NCBI RefSeq assembly: GCF_009914755.1
Contig: NC_060926.1
Direction: 5' to 3' (one strand)
Source: the human T2T-CHM13v2.0 reference genome, Homo sapiens
Length of the DNA stretch: 64,000 bases
The position numbers were made by a program, and so were the translations under genes. Numbering within the stretch: the first letter of the stretch is position 1; each line of letters opens with the position of its first letter. Positions 15,946-30,809 of the stretch are shown here, piece after piece. The notes under the pieces were generated by a model that saw only the letters and a program-made list of their open reading frames with translations, did no database searches and was not told the DNA's origin.

Positions 15946-18900
15946 TAGCAAAACTCCATCCATCTCTGGCCAATGCATAGATTGGCTGTACTTGGTCCAA
16001 ACAGCTGTATTGGGTAAGGATGGACAACTAACTAGGGCCACAGAGCCATGGGCCAGGTTCTGGAACATCAGGAGACCTGGACTGCAATCTTAGCAGTGAA
16101 ACCTTCTTCAAGGAACTTGGAGATTCTGCCCTGCAGATTTCCTAGCTTCAGAGTGAAAGGACCCAGCTAGAGGATCTTTGGAGGCTTGTGATGTCATGAC
16201 TCTTCATTATATGTTTGTTATGTGACACTTAAAACAGATTGATCCATGGTATAGAGGAAAAAGGAAAAGAAGGAAAGTTGGGCGGGACAACATTAAAAAA
16301 ATAGAATAGAAGGTATTTCATCGCTTGTGCAGACTGAATGCTAATATGGCTTTACTTATTTTGTCTTGTGTTTTGAATCACCTCAGTATGAGACAGTACA
16401 CTTGAAATGCATATCAACTCCATTGCTAAATAATTGTTAGCTTGTCTGCTGTTTTGTATTCAACATGACTGAAGGAATGCTTTAAAGGAAAATGCGTAAT
16501 TGCGTGGCAAATATAAATTTCATTTTTTTTTTTTTCTGTAGAGCCAAAGTCCTGGTGATAAGGAAGCCTTAAAAGTGGAAGATTCCTTTTAGCAGGTTCT
16601 TCTGTTCCTATCCTTCTAAGACAAATTATGTTAAAGAGCTCAAGTTTAAAATGGTGGTTTTTCAGTATCTTTCACATTCTGATTATCAGCAGCTAGCTAG
16701 CTGATACTTACAGTAAAAACTACACTGAAAATTTACATTTAAATTGGACATACTATTTAGATAGTGTTTAACTGCTGTAGAGTTTAGGGTATTATTTTAT
16801 GCAACAGTCATAAATTGGTTAAGAGGTAAACGTTTTGTGATAATGTGTCAAAACAGACTAGTGTGTTTTGGGATGTGGGCAGGCTGCCATCTGGCTGTCT
16901 CATAAGGGAGTCTGTCACCTGGTTAAAGACAAGAGGGAAAAAGCCTGTCCCATCCCTGTAATTCACAATCCTTAGACTGGGGTCAGTCTTAGTGCCAAAA
17001 GATGACTTTAAATGTGATTATCTCTTAATCCTCTGTTTAAACCACTACCCCTACACTTCAAAAGATTGCCCTGCTTGTTAAGTTGGTTCTTGCTTGAGAT
17101 TAATGAGTCTTTAAAAGTATTCAACAATGGCCAGATTGTCACCCTCACTAACTTGCATTGAACGGAATAGAATTAGGCGTCAGAGATTCTGCCTAGTCCC
17201 TCTGAAGTGGAATCTGTAATTTAGCCTTAGTTAAATATTAAGTAAATGTCTCTAGGGGGTTTATTATAAAAACTGCATTGGTTTGGTTTTGAAACACAAT
17301 AAGGAAAAGGTTTGGTTTTAGTGTAGGTTTAAAAAAAAGAAAGCTCTTAAAACTGGACTTGTGGTGAACAAATAAGTTTAGATCTCTCTAATTATCAACC
17401 ATCTTTACCAGAAAAATGATTCTCTTTTTTTATGATGATGACTGGAAAACGTGCTCACATTCTTCCGTCCCTCTCTCCTTCCTTCCTGCTGCCCCTTCCC
17501 CACAGCTGCTAAGACTGCAATGCTGTTGGTGGAGTAGAATTGTAGCTGTCCCAGATAGAGCCCGTTGTTCCCCTCACCCCCAGGATCATTTCTGATGCTT
17601 CATTTACTGTATCGTGTGGATGGATGGGTAATGGCTTTAAAGCTTTGTCAGGTAGAAAATTGTTTGGATCATCAGGATCCTGGAGGCAGGAAACTTTTAA
17701 AGATGAAATTCGGTTGGATCTGCTAAAGTGATGCAAAGAACTAAACACTTCATACAGAGTTTTATTGTGGAGTTCATCCTTCTTCCCTCCTTTTGGACTT
17801 ATGCCAGCTGTAATGTCTTACCGAGAAAAAACAAACAGTCATTGCCAAGTTACATGTAGACCCCAAACCAAGGAGCATCCTGATATGGCAGAGGGTAAGG
17901 AACTCAGTTTCTCTCTTGCTGTGGCTAAACCTGATTCCTCCTCTACTGCCTGCAGGCGGATTGGTCCCCATAGAGGCTTCTTTACAAAGGCACTGTTCCA
18001 GACTAGATTTTGTTCCAGGTTCTCTCCTACTCATTTGTAAAACAAGAGGAAAGATAATGAGCCAATTTGTAGACCATGGAGGACTTTCAGATAAAATTTT
18101 CAAACAAAATCTTAATTTTCTCTCTCTCTTTTTTAAACCAATCAATTCCACTGGCAAAGCTGCCGTCTTGAATTGTTATGGTTCTCATGGAAGCTGTTCA
18201 CTGCCCCTCCGCTACATGTACAAGTACTTTACACTCAAGAACCCATTTTACAGATGAGTACAACTGAAGTCCAAAGAGATGAAGTGGCTTGCTCAAAGGG
18301 ACACAACCAGTAAATAGAATAGGTAGTGTTCATCCCTGGCGCGCTCTCTAAACCCCATCCATTCTTTTCCACTGCGCCATGTTGCCTCAGATGGCGAAAC
18401 TTTACTCTTCTCCCCAGTCCAATTATTCAGAAATGTGCTTTGCCTATTTGGTTGGAAAGGCTCTGTTTAGCATTACAGTCTCATTTGCAAGTGCCTATAT
18501 CTACAGCAGCCATATGTCACAGATTTTCTAGATATTTTCCTTCCAGTTCTCCATGCCTTGGTACTGGTGCGTCCCCTTCCCACCCCCGCATTTGACAGAC
18601 TGAGTGTCCCAGATTTTTCACACGAACTCGAAAGGCCAGAGCATCACAGGGACCTAGCAGGGCGGAGAAGGGCTTTGGTACTTTTGTTTCGGAGCTGGAG
18701 GCCTGCAGAGGGCTGCCTGCAGATCCTGTGGGCTTGTCATTCCTGGGCCCATGTTCTACTTCCTTATCCTATTCTGTAAAGCAGCCAAGTGGAAAAGAAG
18801 GAGTGAGGGAAAGAGCAGGCCCTTTGTCCCTGTTAGGAGCTAGGGATTTGACCTAAGGGGACTGGGTATTTTTCTTGTCAATTCCTCCCCCTACACGAAT

Positions 18901-20784
18901 TTCCCAGGCTTCTTGCCTCTGCCTGCCTTCATCTTCCCCACACCCCAGGCCTGTCCAGCTCCTGTGTGAGTGACAAGGAGCCTCCAACTCCTCACCAGCT
19001 CTCCTGTCGCATTTGAGGGTTAGCAAGTGTTCCCCATGCTGGGAAGGGGAAGGAGAGGCTTTCCTTGGTTAAGTGCTCTATCTGTTCACAGCTAAAGAGG
19101 CCACCGTTTATTTTGGCCTCTGGGATTTTCTGAAAGCTTGAGAACTGCAAAACAAATGCAGTCTTTAACTTAACTGCTGTTATTGCTTCTCTTCCCACTC
19201 CTTTCACCAGCACAGGGTGGGGCTTCCCAGGGAGCCCTCTCTAGTTAGAGGGCCCGGCCTCAGGGAACTGGCCTTGACCTCCATTCCTCTCTTGTGGGTT
19301 TGGCTGCCACAAGATGCTTCTCAGGCTCTTTTGGTGTAGTGGCCTCGATGGGCTGCACGGTGGCAGGGAGGTGCTGCATTTGCTATGCGGAAGCTGGGCC
19401 TTAGCCAGCTGAGGCTACCTCTGGGAAACTGAGGCTTTCTGAATTTGACTCCATGGGTGCCAGCCCCTCTCTCTGGACATCTGCCCTCCCCCAGCATTCC
19501 TGACCATCTCCTGGTGCCTGAAGCCCTGGCCAGTGGTCTCCTTGCTTGCGTACCCTTCTTTTTATTATTATTAGCATCATCGTTATTATTATTATTATTC
19601 CGTCCTCTGTGAGGTGGAATGAAGGGTCTTGAATAAATAATTTGCAAAGAGCCACAATATGGCTGCTTATGAATAAATAACGTTATAGAATTTGTAAACA
19701 TGAGCCACATGTGGCTGTGTGGCCATAGTTTGGCTATTCCTTCAGTGAGTATGGACTATTTGCCAACTTTCAAGATATTCACTCTCTGTGTGGCAAGGGC
19801 CATCATTTACAGGTCCTGACTACATGCTAGATGCGGGGTTGTGGCCTTTATAAATATTCTTGAGCGAAGTGTAGGCACTACTATTATGACTCTCATTTTA
19901 AGGGGAGGAAACCATGTGAGAAGGCCAGCCGAGCTGACATGGCCAGAGGTGTAGAGCCTAGATTCGAACCAGTAACTCTCTGATTCCAGAATCCTGGCTA
20001 TGAACTTCTGTACTCTGCTCTAACCTTTTCCCTTAATTATGGTATATATTAAGGCTTTTTTTTGTCTGTATTAAACATGTTCCAACAAATTTCATTTTTC
20101 ATTTTGTGGGTAGTAAACCACATTAATTAAAAATTTTAAATTTTTAAAAATTAAAATTTTTTTCTTAAATCCTACTGTTTGATTTGAGAGTAAGTCACCT
20201 TTTCCTTCCATCGCTCTCTCTGTCCTTTGTTGTGTTTGATCTCAGCATACAGTTTATATCGTGCTTAGGATAAGTGGTTTGACATACGATTAGAAATGAC
20301 TTATAACTCATGATGAATGTGTGAGAAACGGGATGGACATTGGAGAAGACTCATGAGTCTTTTAACCTAAAAGGAATAATTGAATCAAAGGATGGTTTGT
20401 TCCTCTTAAGAATTAGGTGACCTGGTTTATAATCCAAGTGAAAATTGCTCAGCCTCTATTTATTTTACCTAGCCCATGTTTTTCTAGTAAGGTAGAATGA
20501 GAAATCCAAAGGGAGGACATAGCCAGGTTGGGATGCGCTTATAGCCCGCTGGATGTTACAAGTGTGCAATGAATTGTAGTTCGGCCTTTACTAATAACTA
20601 ACAAATTGACATTTCTCTGGGCCTCAGTTCAACCATCTGTGAAATGTGAAGTTGAACAAAATGACCACAGGGCCCCTCTCATTTGGAAAGTTTTATGATG
20701 ATAAAAATACTGGTGGTGATGCATCTTATAGGATATTTAGTGTTTTTCATCATACGCCATGGCTTCAACCATGCATCTGCCGTC

Positions 20785-21320
20785 TGTTGTGCCAAACCCC
20801 TATTAACCTCACTAGAGAAGACACCAGGTTCAGGAGGCCAAAGAAGAGACCTGGAGTGAGCAAACGAGACATGGGGTTTTATTAGGGGCTTTCACAGGAG
20901 AGACAGTCCGGTGGCAGTGCGCTGGCAACATATCCATCCTCCTCCTGTCCAGTGGTGGCAGGCTGGACAACATAACCACGCAGCCCAGTGGTGGTGGGCT
21001 GTACAGAAAATCTGCAACCGCTTGCAAATAGCATGCAGTTTATATAGCATGTCACTTAACACCCACCTCCCTTCCACCAATAAAGAAGAGTTCCGCTTGG
21101 CAACCTTCATTTAACTCAACTCAGGGCCTCAATCCCCTGTACAACCCATACTCCACAGGACTGGAGTGGGGCTCAGATGTTTATCATAGAGAACAAACGA
21201 ATCCACACATTGGCCACTCCTGGATTCCCTAGCTCAGAACACACATTCAGGTGCATCAGCCTTACAGGGTCATTCTAAATGTGTGCCTAAATTATTGCTA
21301 TCAGGTGCGTTTACCTTGCA
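20785..21320 (-). mobile_element. Solo LTR (LTR47-like, family tentative)
   Basis: TG..CA ends; the minus strand begins TGCAAGGTAAACGCACCTGATAGCAATAA and has AATAAA near its 3' end. Confidence 0.6.
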
Positions 21321-21451
21321 CCCTGTAAAATCTCTCCTTGGTGACCCCCACATAACTGACTGGGTTGGTTTCTACCAATTTTCCTGTGGTCCCCCATGAT
21401 AGGGAGAGGACGCAATCATTAATGGTCCTCTGTGAGAGGGGTCCTTAGGGA

Positions 21452-21788
21452 CAGGGGTCCCCTAACCCTGGGCCATGGACTGGTACTGTAGCCTGTTAGG
21501 AACCAGGTCACACAGCAGGAGGTGAGCAGTGGGTGAGCGAGCATTACTGCCTGAGCTCCATTTCCTGTCAAATCAGCAGTGGCATTAGATTCTCTTAGGA
21601 GCATGCACCCTATTGTGAACTGTGCATGCAAGGGATCGAGGTTGTGCACTCCTTATGAGACTCTAGCTGATGTCTGATGATCTGAGGTGGAACAGTTTTA
21701 TCCTAAAAGCATCTTCCCTCACCCCTATCTGCAGAAAAATTGTCTTCCATAAAACTGATCCCAGTGCTAAATAGGCTGGGAACTGCTG
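21452..21788. mobile_element. MER1B-like hAT-Charlie element
   Basis: CAGGGGTCCCC..CCTGTTAGGAACC..CACAGCAGGAGGTGAGC..GGCATTAGATTCTC..GGGAACTGCTG. Confidence 0.85.
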
Positions 21789-22898
21789 CTTGAGATACTG
21801 GTTGAACCTATCCTAAGTTTGAGTCACTAGGAATCATGTGGCCTTACAAATACAAGCCCAAAGGGTATGGAATTCCATGTGAGTTCAGGGCTCCCCTAGT
21901 CCAGGCATAAAGGTATGAAGAACATCAAACATGCAAGCCTTACTCTCAGCTTAGGGGGATGTGTGTGTGTGTATGTGTGTGTGTACAAACATAGACACAC
22001 ATATAAATTCATTGTTTGCATAGCATATACTCAGATTTAATAGAAACAGATGTTAGGTTTTTGTTCCTTTTAAAATTAAATTTCTTCTCGCATTCACAGG
22101 CACTGAAATCAGAGGGGCAAAAATGTTTGTTCAATTTGAAAATGCTTTTCAAATACATAGCAATTTGATTCTGGGGGTTGGGGAATGACATTCTGAAGGT
22201 TTTCCAAAAACACTGTAACTTGGAAATTAGCAAGTTGCGAGCAGCAGTAAGCTTGCTTCCTTTTAAATTAATACTGGTGAAACAAACAAAGGCTAAATGA
22301 GTAAGAGAGTTGATTTGTTTTATTAGGCCTTAATTGAGGATCTAGACAAAGGAGAACATTAAACCTTGTATTTACTACAAATTCTACAAGTAATTGCACA
22401 CCTGTAACACTACTGCCAGCAGGATGAACCCATCCAAGCCCACCCTCAAGGGTTTCTTAAACAAATTCTGCAAAATAAATAGAGGTTGAACAATTTTCAA
22501 TGTTTGTCTACATAACTGAAAAAAATATTTAGCATGAAGGAATAGACACAAGGTGATGGACTAAAAGTCTCCATTTTTTTCTGTAGCCAGCAAGGACTGT
22601 ATGTTGACTGTTAATTAGAATGTATTAAGAAAAAAAAAAAAAGATCAGGGCTCATTGACTTGGGTAAGCATTTTAAACAAGCTAAAGGTTGTTTCAGGAC
22701 TTTGTCTTTTTGGAGGCTGAAATTAGAAATTTAAACCTAAATTTATACCATAGAAAGCTTTTAGAATGTATGTTAGAGACTGAGCTTTTAAAAAAAAAAT
22801 CAAGTCTTCTAATCTACAAAGAATGGTTGACTGTCCTACAGGGCAGTCAAAAGGGTGTGTCTTTAACACTGAAAGGATTAAATTATTAAAACTCTGTG

Positions 22899-23205
<307 letters not shown>

Positions 23206-23654
23206 TAAAACTCTGTGAAAGCCTGAGTTGCAGAAAACCAGGTGCCTGTCTTTGTTTAAAACATTTCAGCTACCTAAAAGGATGTGTTTAAGGATGTGCT
23301 CATCTGTGTCTAGCCCTTGTGGATGTTAATTTTGAGTAAGTTTCTATATTCATGAGAAACATATTTTTATAAATTTTTATGTAAAAGATACAAAACCACC
23401 TAGAACCTTTTTAGTATGTCACCTTTAAGATTAAAATATAAAGAGTCATGCATGGGATGGACCCTGGTTCAGGAAATATACTTGGTAAGTGGAACAGGGG
23501 TTTTCTGGGTGAGATCATCCTAAAAGCTAAGGGGAACAGGCACTCAGATCAAAACCCAGGCAATGACAAATACTCTTATGGGGTCACTTGGACATTTACC
23601 AGCCTTTGCAATCTAAAATTCCAAGATTATGTACATTTATTGTTTTGTTTGAGT

Positions 23655-23960
23655 TCTTTTTGAGACAGGGTCTTGCTCTGTTGCCTAGGCTAGAGTGCAG
23701 TGGTGCAATCACAGGTCACTGCAAGCTAGACTTCCTAGACTTACTAGACTTAAGTGATCCTCCAACCTCAGTCTACCAAGTATCTGGGACCACAGGTACA
23801 AGCCAACACACCTGGCTAATTTTTTTTTTTTTTTTCTTTTTGTAAAGGCAAGGTCTCACTATGTTACCCAGGCTGGTCTCTAACTCCTGGGCTCAAGAGA
23901 TCCTTTCATCTTGGCCTCTCACAGTCCTGGGATTACAGGCATGAGCCACTTTACCCAGCA
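23655..23960 (-). mobile_element. AluJ
   Basis: Diverged full-length Alu. Confidence 0.85.
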
Positions 23961-24356
23961 GTTATGTGCATTTGAACACTAGAGGTTGATATGAGTGAGA
24001 AGACAGGCATGAGCCTTAGTAATCCTTTTAAAAGCATCTCATAAAACAGCTTCTGAATCTTGTATTCTTATAGATTCATCAGGCCTAGGTTTCCACTTGC
24101 AGTTTTTTGGTTCGTCTTGTAACCCTGAACATAATTCATTAGTTATCTATAGCAACACTTTCTTCCTAAACTGTGTCTTGGTGTGCCACTAAATCTGTAA
24201 AACATGTAAAAGAAGATTTTATTGTGCTTGCCCAGTAGGATGATGTGATTGTACTCCAGTAATAATTGTCTCATGCCAGCTTTTCACCCCTAGGAACCAT
24301 GAGTCAGTTATTATTTCTAAAAATAATCTTTAAGATGGCATAGCACTTCCAAATAT

Positions 24357-26850
24357 ATTTTTTTTTTGAAACAGAGTCTTGATCTGTCACCCAGGCTGGA
24401 GTGCAGTGCTGTGATCATAGCTCACTGCAGCCTCAAACTCCTGAACTCAAGAAATCCCCCTGCCTCAGCTTCCTGAGCAGCTGGGACTACAGATAGCTAC
24501 CACCATGCCTGGCTAAGTTTTTAATTTTTTTGTAGAGACAGGGTCTGTTTTCACACTGCTGTAAAGATACTACCTGAGGCTGGGTGATTTATAAACAACG
24601 GAGGTTTAATTGACCCACAGCTCTGCATGGCTGGGGAGGCAAAATTCACAATCATGGAGGAAGGGGAAGCAGGCACATCTTACATGGCAGCAGGCAAGAG
24701 AGAGTGAGCAAGAGTAGAGGAAACTGCATTATAAAACCATCAGATCTCATGAGAACTCACTATCACGAGAACAGCATGCGGGGAAACCTCCCCCATGATC
24801 CAATCACCTCCCACCTGGTCCTTCCCTCAACAGGTGCAGATTATGGGGTTACCATTTGAGATAAGAGTTGAGTAGGGACACAGAGCCAAACCATATTATT
24901 CTGCCCTTGGCCCTTCCCAAATCTCACATCCTCATATTTCAACACACAATCTTGCCTTCCCAACAGTCCCCCAAAGTCTTAACTCATTTCAGTATTAATC
25001 AAAAAATCCACAGTCCAAAGTCTCATCTGAGACAAGGCAAGTCCCTTCCACCTATCAACCAGTAAAATCAAAAACAAGTCAGTTCCTTCCAAGATACAAT
25101 GGGGGTACAGGCATTGGGTAAATACATTCATTCCAAATGGGAGAAATTGGCCAAAACAAAGGGGCTACAGACCCCGTGCATGTCTAAAATCCAGCAGGGC
25201 AATCATTAAATCTTAAAAGCTTCAAAATGATCTCCTTTGACTCCATGTCTCACATTCGTAAGAGTGCGCTCCCACAGCCTTGGGCAGCTCCTTCGTATGC
25301 TGGCATTGAGTGCCTGCAGCTTTTTCAGACACATGGTGCAAGCTGTCAATGGATCTACCATTCTGGGGCCTGGAGGACAGTAGCCCTCTTCTCCTAAACT
25401 CACTAGGCAGTGCCCCAGTGGGGACTCTGTGTAAAGGCTCCAACCCCACATTTCCTTTCCCCACTGCCCTAACAGAGGTTCTCCATGAGGCCTCCACCCC
25501 TGCAGCAAATTTCTGCCTAGACATCCAGGCGGTCCCATACATCCTCTAAAATCTAGATGGGTGTTCCCAAACCTCAGTTCTTGACTTCTGTGTGCCCACA
25601 GGCCCAACACCATGTGGAAGCCACCAAGGCTTGGGGCTTGCACCCTGTGAAGCAATGGCCTGAACTATACCTTGGCCCCTTTTAGCCACAGCTGGAGCTG
25701 AATCAGCGGGGACACAGGGCACCAAATCCTGAGGCTGCATAGAACAGGGAGGCCCTGGGTCCTGCCCACTAAACCGCTTTTTCCTCCTAGGCCTCTGGGC
25801 CTGTGATGGGTGGCCCAGATCTCTGACATGCTCTGGAGACGTTTTCCCTGTTGTCTTAGCAATTAGAATTTGGCTCCTTGTTACTTATGCAAATTTCTGC
25901 AGCCAGCTTGAATTTTTCCCCAGAAAATGGGTTTTCCTTTCCTATGGCATTGTCAGGCTGCAAATTTTCCAAACTTTTATGCTCTGCTTCCCTTTTAAAC
26001 ATAAGTTCCAATTTCAGATAATCTCTCTCATGTTCAAAGTTCCACAGATCTCTTGGGTAGGGGCAAAATGCCAGCAGTCTCTTTGTTTAAAGCATAGCTA
26101 GAGTGACCTTTGCTCCAGTTACCAGGATGTTCCTCATCTCCATAAGAACCACCTCAGCCTGAACTTCATTGTCCATATTACTATCAGCATTCTGGTCAAA
26201 ACCATTTAACAACTCTCTAGGAAGTTCCAAATTTTCCTTCATCTGCCTGTTGTCTTCTGAGCCCTCCAAACTGTTCCAACCTTTGCCCATTACCCAGTTC
26301 CAAAGTCACTTCCACATTTCCAAGTATCTTTATAGCAGTGCCCCACTACTTTGGTACCAATTTACTGTATTAGTCGATTTTCACACTGCTATGAAGATAC
26401 TATCCAAGACTGGGTAATTTATAAACAAAGGAGGTTCAATTGACCCACACAGTTCTGCATGGCTGGGAAGGCCCCAGGAAACTCACAATTATGGTGGGAA
26501 AGGAAGAGGCACATCTTACAAGGTGGCAGGTGAGAGAGAGGAAGCAAGAGCAGGGAAAACTGCCTTATAAAACTATTGGATCTCATGAGAACTCACTCAC
26601 TATCACGAGAACAGCATGGGGGAAACTGCCCCCATGATCAAATTACTTCCCACCTGGGCCCTCCTTCCACATGTGTGGATTACAGGAATTACCATCCAAG
26701 ATGAGATTTGAGTGAGGACAAAGGAGCCAAACCATATCACAAGTCTCACTTTGTTGCCAAGGCTGGTCTCTCACTCCTAGACTACAGCAGTCCTCCCGCC
26801 TTGGCCTCCCAAAGTACTGAGATTATAGCCATGAGCCACTGCACTCAGCC
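24357..26850 (-). mobile_element. AluJ split into 24357-24545 and 26740-26850 by a THE1 insertion
   Basis: The Alu stops at TGTAGAGACAGGGTC and resumes at GTCTCACTTTGTTGCCAAGGCTGG after the LTR. Confidence 0.85.
24543..26739 (-). mobile_element. Two-LTR MaLR provirus (THE1D/MST-like): LTRs at about 24543-24898 and 26366-26739, internal region 24899-26365
   Basis: Both LTRs share TTTTCACACTGCT..GAGAACTCAC..GAGCCAAACCATAT; the internal region has typical THE1-int sequence (CCCAAATCTCA..CATCTGAGACAAGGCAAGTCCCTTCCACCTAT). Confidence 0.9.
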
Positions 26851-27020
26851 TAAATGTATTCTTAACTAAGTCTAACATTAATTTTGTAAAGCATTAATAT
26901 CTACATTTACGTATGATGAAACTGAAGGTGAGACATTAATAACATCAGAGCTCATTCTCAAGCCAGCCCTCTTTTTACTTCATCGTACTGTTAGGCCTAA
27001 AATTAATGATCTCTTTGGAG

Positions 27021-27546
27021 TGTTACATAAGATTTATAGGAGGCTATTGGTTTGGCCCAACAGACCAAACCAAAATGGAGTCACTCATGCTAAAGTTCCA
27101 CATCACCAAATCAAGACTAATCTGTTCATTTGACCTTCTGAGAGAGAATAGCCATAAAGGCCAATTTCAGTGGGCAAGCTAATTAATTTCCCTCTGTTTT
27201 AATCTTTATAAAAGAACAACCTGATGTCAACTCATCAGTCATTTTTCTATTATTCTATTTCCCTATTCCCACCTTTCAAGGAAAGTAACTTCAAAACCAC
27301 CAAACTGCTTTTTGTTCTCTGTTTTGGCTTTCCTCAGCCCTTCCCTGTCTGTAAAACCAGCCTCCTCTGCTGAACCCATTGGAACACTCCTTCTATTTTA
27401 TGGAATGAAGTGTTGCCCAATTCTAGAATCGCAAATGAAGCCAATTAAGATTTTCAAAGGATCCCAGCTGCACTGAGCACTGGGAAGAAAAAAGATTTTT
27501 TAAAAAAATCCTTAAGCTAAATTTGTTGTAATTTCGTCTTTTGACA
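27021..27546 (+). mobile_element. ERV1 (MER4-group) solo LTR, MER93-like (tentative)
   Basis: TG start; CCAAAATGGAGTCACTCATGCTAAAG; ends AAATTTGTTGTAATTTCGTCTTTTGACA. Confidence 0.65.
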
Positions 27547-28131
27547 GGAGGAAATGAAGAGTTTTGGAAAGGGCCCAAAAAGCTGGACTGTAGGCGGTAG
27601 AGATAGAGAGAATGTTCACGAATGAGCAAATATACTCCTTATGAAATTTCAGAGAAATGGGTAATGAGACTGACTAGTCAGGGAAATGCTGGGAGGAGGC
27701 AGCGGTGGTCTCCCAGGTCACCTTGCCAGCCCACGGCTGCCCAACTTGCACTTGTGTCTTCACTGAATAGCTATGTGTTCACATGAGACATGCCGAGGGC
27801 GCCAGCTTGGCCCTGCGTGTGCAGTTCCATGACTGTCACCAAGTGGTCCACAGTCACATATGTATCCAAAATCTTGGCGTGAGGCTTTCTCTAAGGGGAG
27901 CTAACCAAGAGCATAAATTAACCTCCAAAACAATTGTATAACTAGTCACTGTAAGATATATGGGGCCAATGAGAGCAGGATTTAAACATTTGCCAAAGAC
28001 TGTACCTCTCTTTTTTCCCCCCTCTTCATTTTAAAAAGAAGTTTGTCTTTTTCTCTGTGCTAGAAGTCCTGGCCTTGCCTAGCATTAGTCTCTCAGAAAG
28101 TTTCTGGAGACTTTTCTTTAACTTTCCCTTA

Positions 28132-28311
<180 letters not shown>

Positions 28312-28327
28312 CTAATGTCAGAGCTTA

Positions 28328-28655
<328 letters not shown>

Positions 28656-28706
28656 ATCTGCACCGAAGTCCTTTTATATTCAAATTTTTTCCTGCAAATG
28701 AAAAAC

Positions 28707-29362
28707 TGTTAGAGAATATCCTCAAGATCTCTTGGCTTAAAAATGAGAGGAAGAAAAATGGCCTTGTTGAATTTTACTTGAGCTCTCTATGCTGCTAGAA
28801 AACAGAAACCATGAAGATAATCCTCCCACTCTTTTTTGTGTTCCAAGAAAGGATTTACTACAAGGAACCCCCACCTTCTCCCTGTGGCTCAGATAAGACC
28901 CACAGATGCCTCCCTTGTTTATTAGTGACAAGGCCAGACACAGACTCTCCAAATTCCCATTCTTTGGCTCATAAATGATTAGCTGAACTCTGTACCCCCT
29001 GGTCAGTCTGTACAAAATACCTGCCACCTTGACTTGACCAAACTCTAATTAAGTTTCTCTCCATCTATAGACCCCTGAACTTTGACCCACCCTTACCACA
29101 CAGAATAGGCTGACGTCAGGGTACACATGGTTTTAGTATCCTGACCCACCTTCACCTTCCATTTCACTTCCCCACATCCAGTTCTCCTGAGCCTTGTTCA
29201 TTCTTCCCTAAGTAATAGAAATGCCCGTTCCTCCTTTACATTCGAGACACTTGCAGACCTCTTGGTCTCCGTGTCACATAGTGCCCCCACTCCCTTCGTG
29301 CAAGAATCCTTTCGAATGGCATCTCTCCTTACCTAAATCCAGATTTGCTTTTTATTTGACAA
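28707..29362 (+). mobile_element. Old ERV1 solo LTR (MER67/MER31-like, tentative)
   Basis: TGTTAGAG start, TTGACCAAACT motif, ends CAGATTTGCTTTTTATTTGACA. Confidence 0.5.
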
Positions 29363-30412
29363 AGATAATAAATAAATAAAGCACAGAGTTCCACCCTACA
29401 GTACTTGTGCCTGCCTGTGGAGATGTCTGTTAACACACGACAACGTGAAACACAGATGTAAAACAGTTCCCGTCCATGAGGTCTTCACTTCTCAGATTGA
29501 GACGCTTTCCAAAGTAGTAAGCAGAGTCTTATTCTCCAGGGAGCCAGGGTTGTTGCATTTATTCATTTAATAAAGACTTACCTTGTATGGACCCTGGAAA
29601 TTTTGTATTCTGAACATTTCTGGAAACATTCCCTCCATTCAGGCCTGCATCATCTTTATTTTGCACTATTGCAGTAGATGTTCTCATCAGTCTCCCTCGA
29701 GCTATTCTTATACCTTCAAATCCATCCTCCCCACAGCATTTAGTGATCTATCTCAAATGCAGATGTGAACTTTTAAAAACATGTAATGTCTAAGCACCTT
29801 AAAATTACCTACAAGGTCTCTCACAGTCAGACTTCTGCCTCAATCTCCACCTCTAGCCCTTTCCCCTGTCTGTTCTTATCTCTGGTGAGACCCCCCCGCC
29901 ATGCCCTACATATCCAGTAGGTACATATTCTACTTTGTGCTCCTTTTCTGGTGTTCCTCTGCCTTTCATGCTCTCACCATTCCTGCTAAGTCTCAGTGCA
30001 GTCATCATCTCTAGAAAAGCCACTCTGCCTCCTGTGTCTGCATTCCCTCCCAGTTGGTTTCTTATTGCTTCTTGAACCTGGCATCTGGCAGCAATTCAAT
30101 AAATAAATATTGGGTAACATAAATAAAGGCTATTTCTACAAAAGTGATTTAAGAGATGTCCCCTACAGAAGCACCCATGTAAAGAGGTCATTGCAGTTCA
30201 GGATGATAAAGATATATGGAGAACATCTATAAAGTACTACAGTAGCATCCTAGAGGTTCTTTTTAAAATGGAATGGTTTCCATCTTAATGGAATGGCTCC
30301 CCATTAGCCCTGATGGAAAGTTGGGAAACAAATTTGGCCAAGGTTATCTCAAGGTGTTTGCAGGATGAAAATAGAAATTCTACACATTCCTGAACTGCTC
30401 AGGAGTCTTTAA

Positions 30413-30760
<348 letters not shown>

Positions 30761-30809
30761 CAGATCTCTTTCTTAACCTTGTAATTGGTGAGCAACAACC
30801 TTTAAATGT

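Noticed and set aside
25206-26417. ORFs of 64-149 aa in this region
   Set aside because: Decayed THE1 internal sequence.
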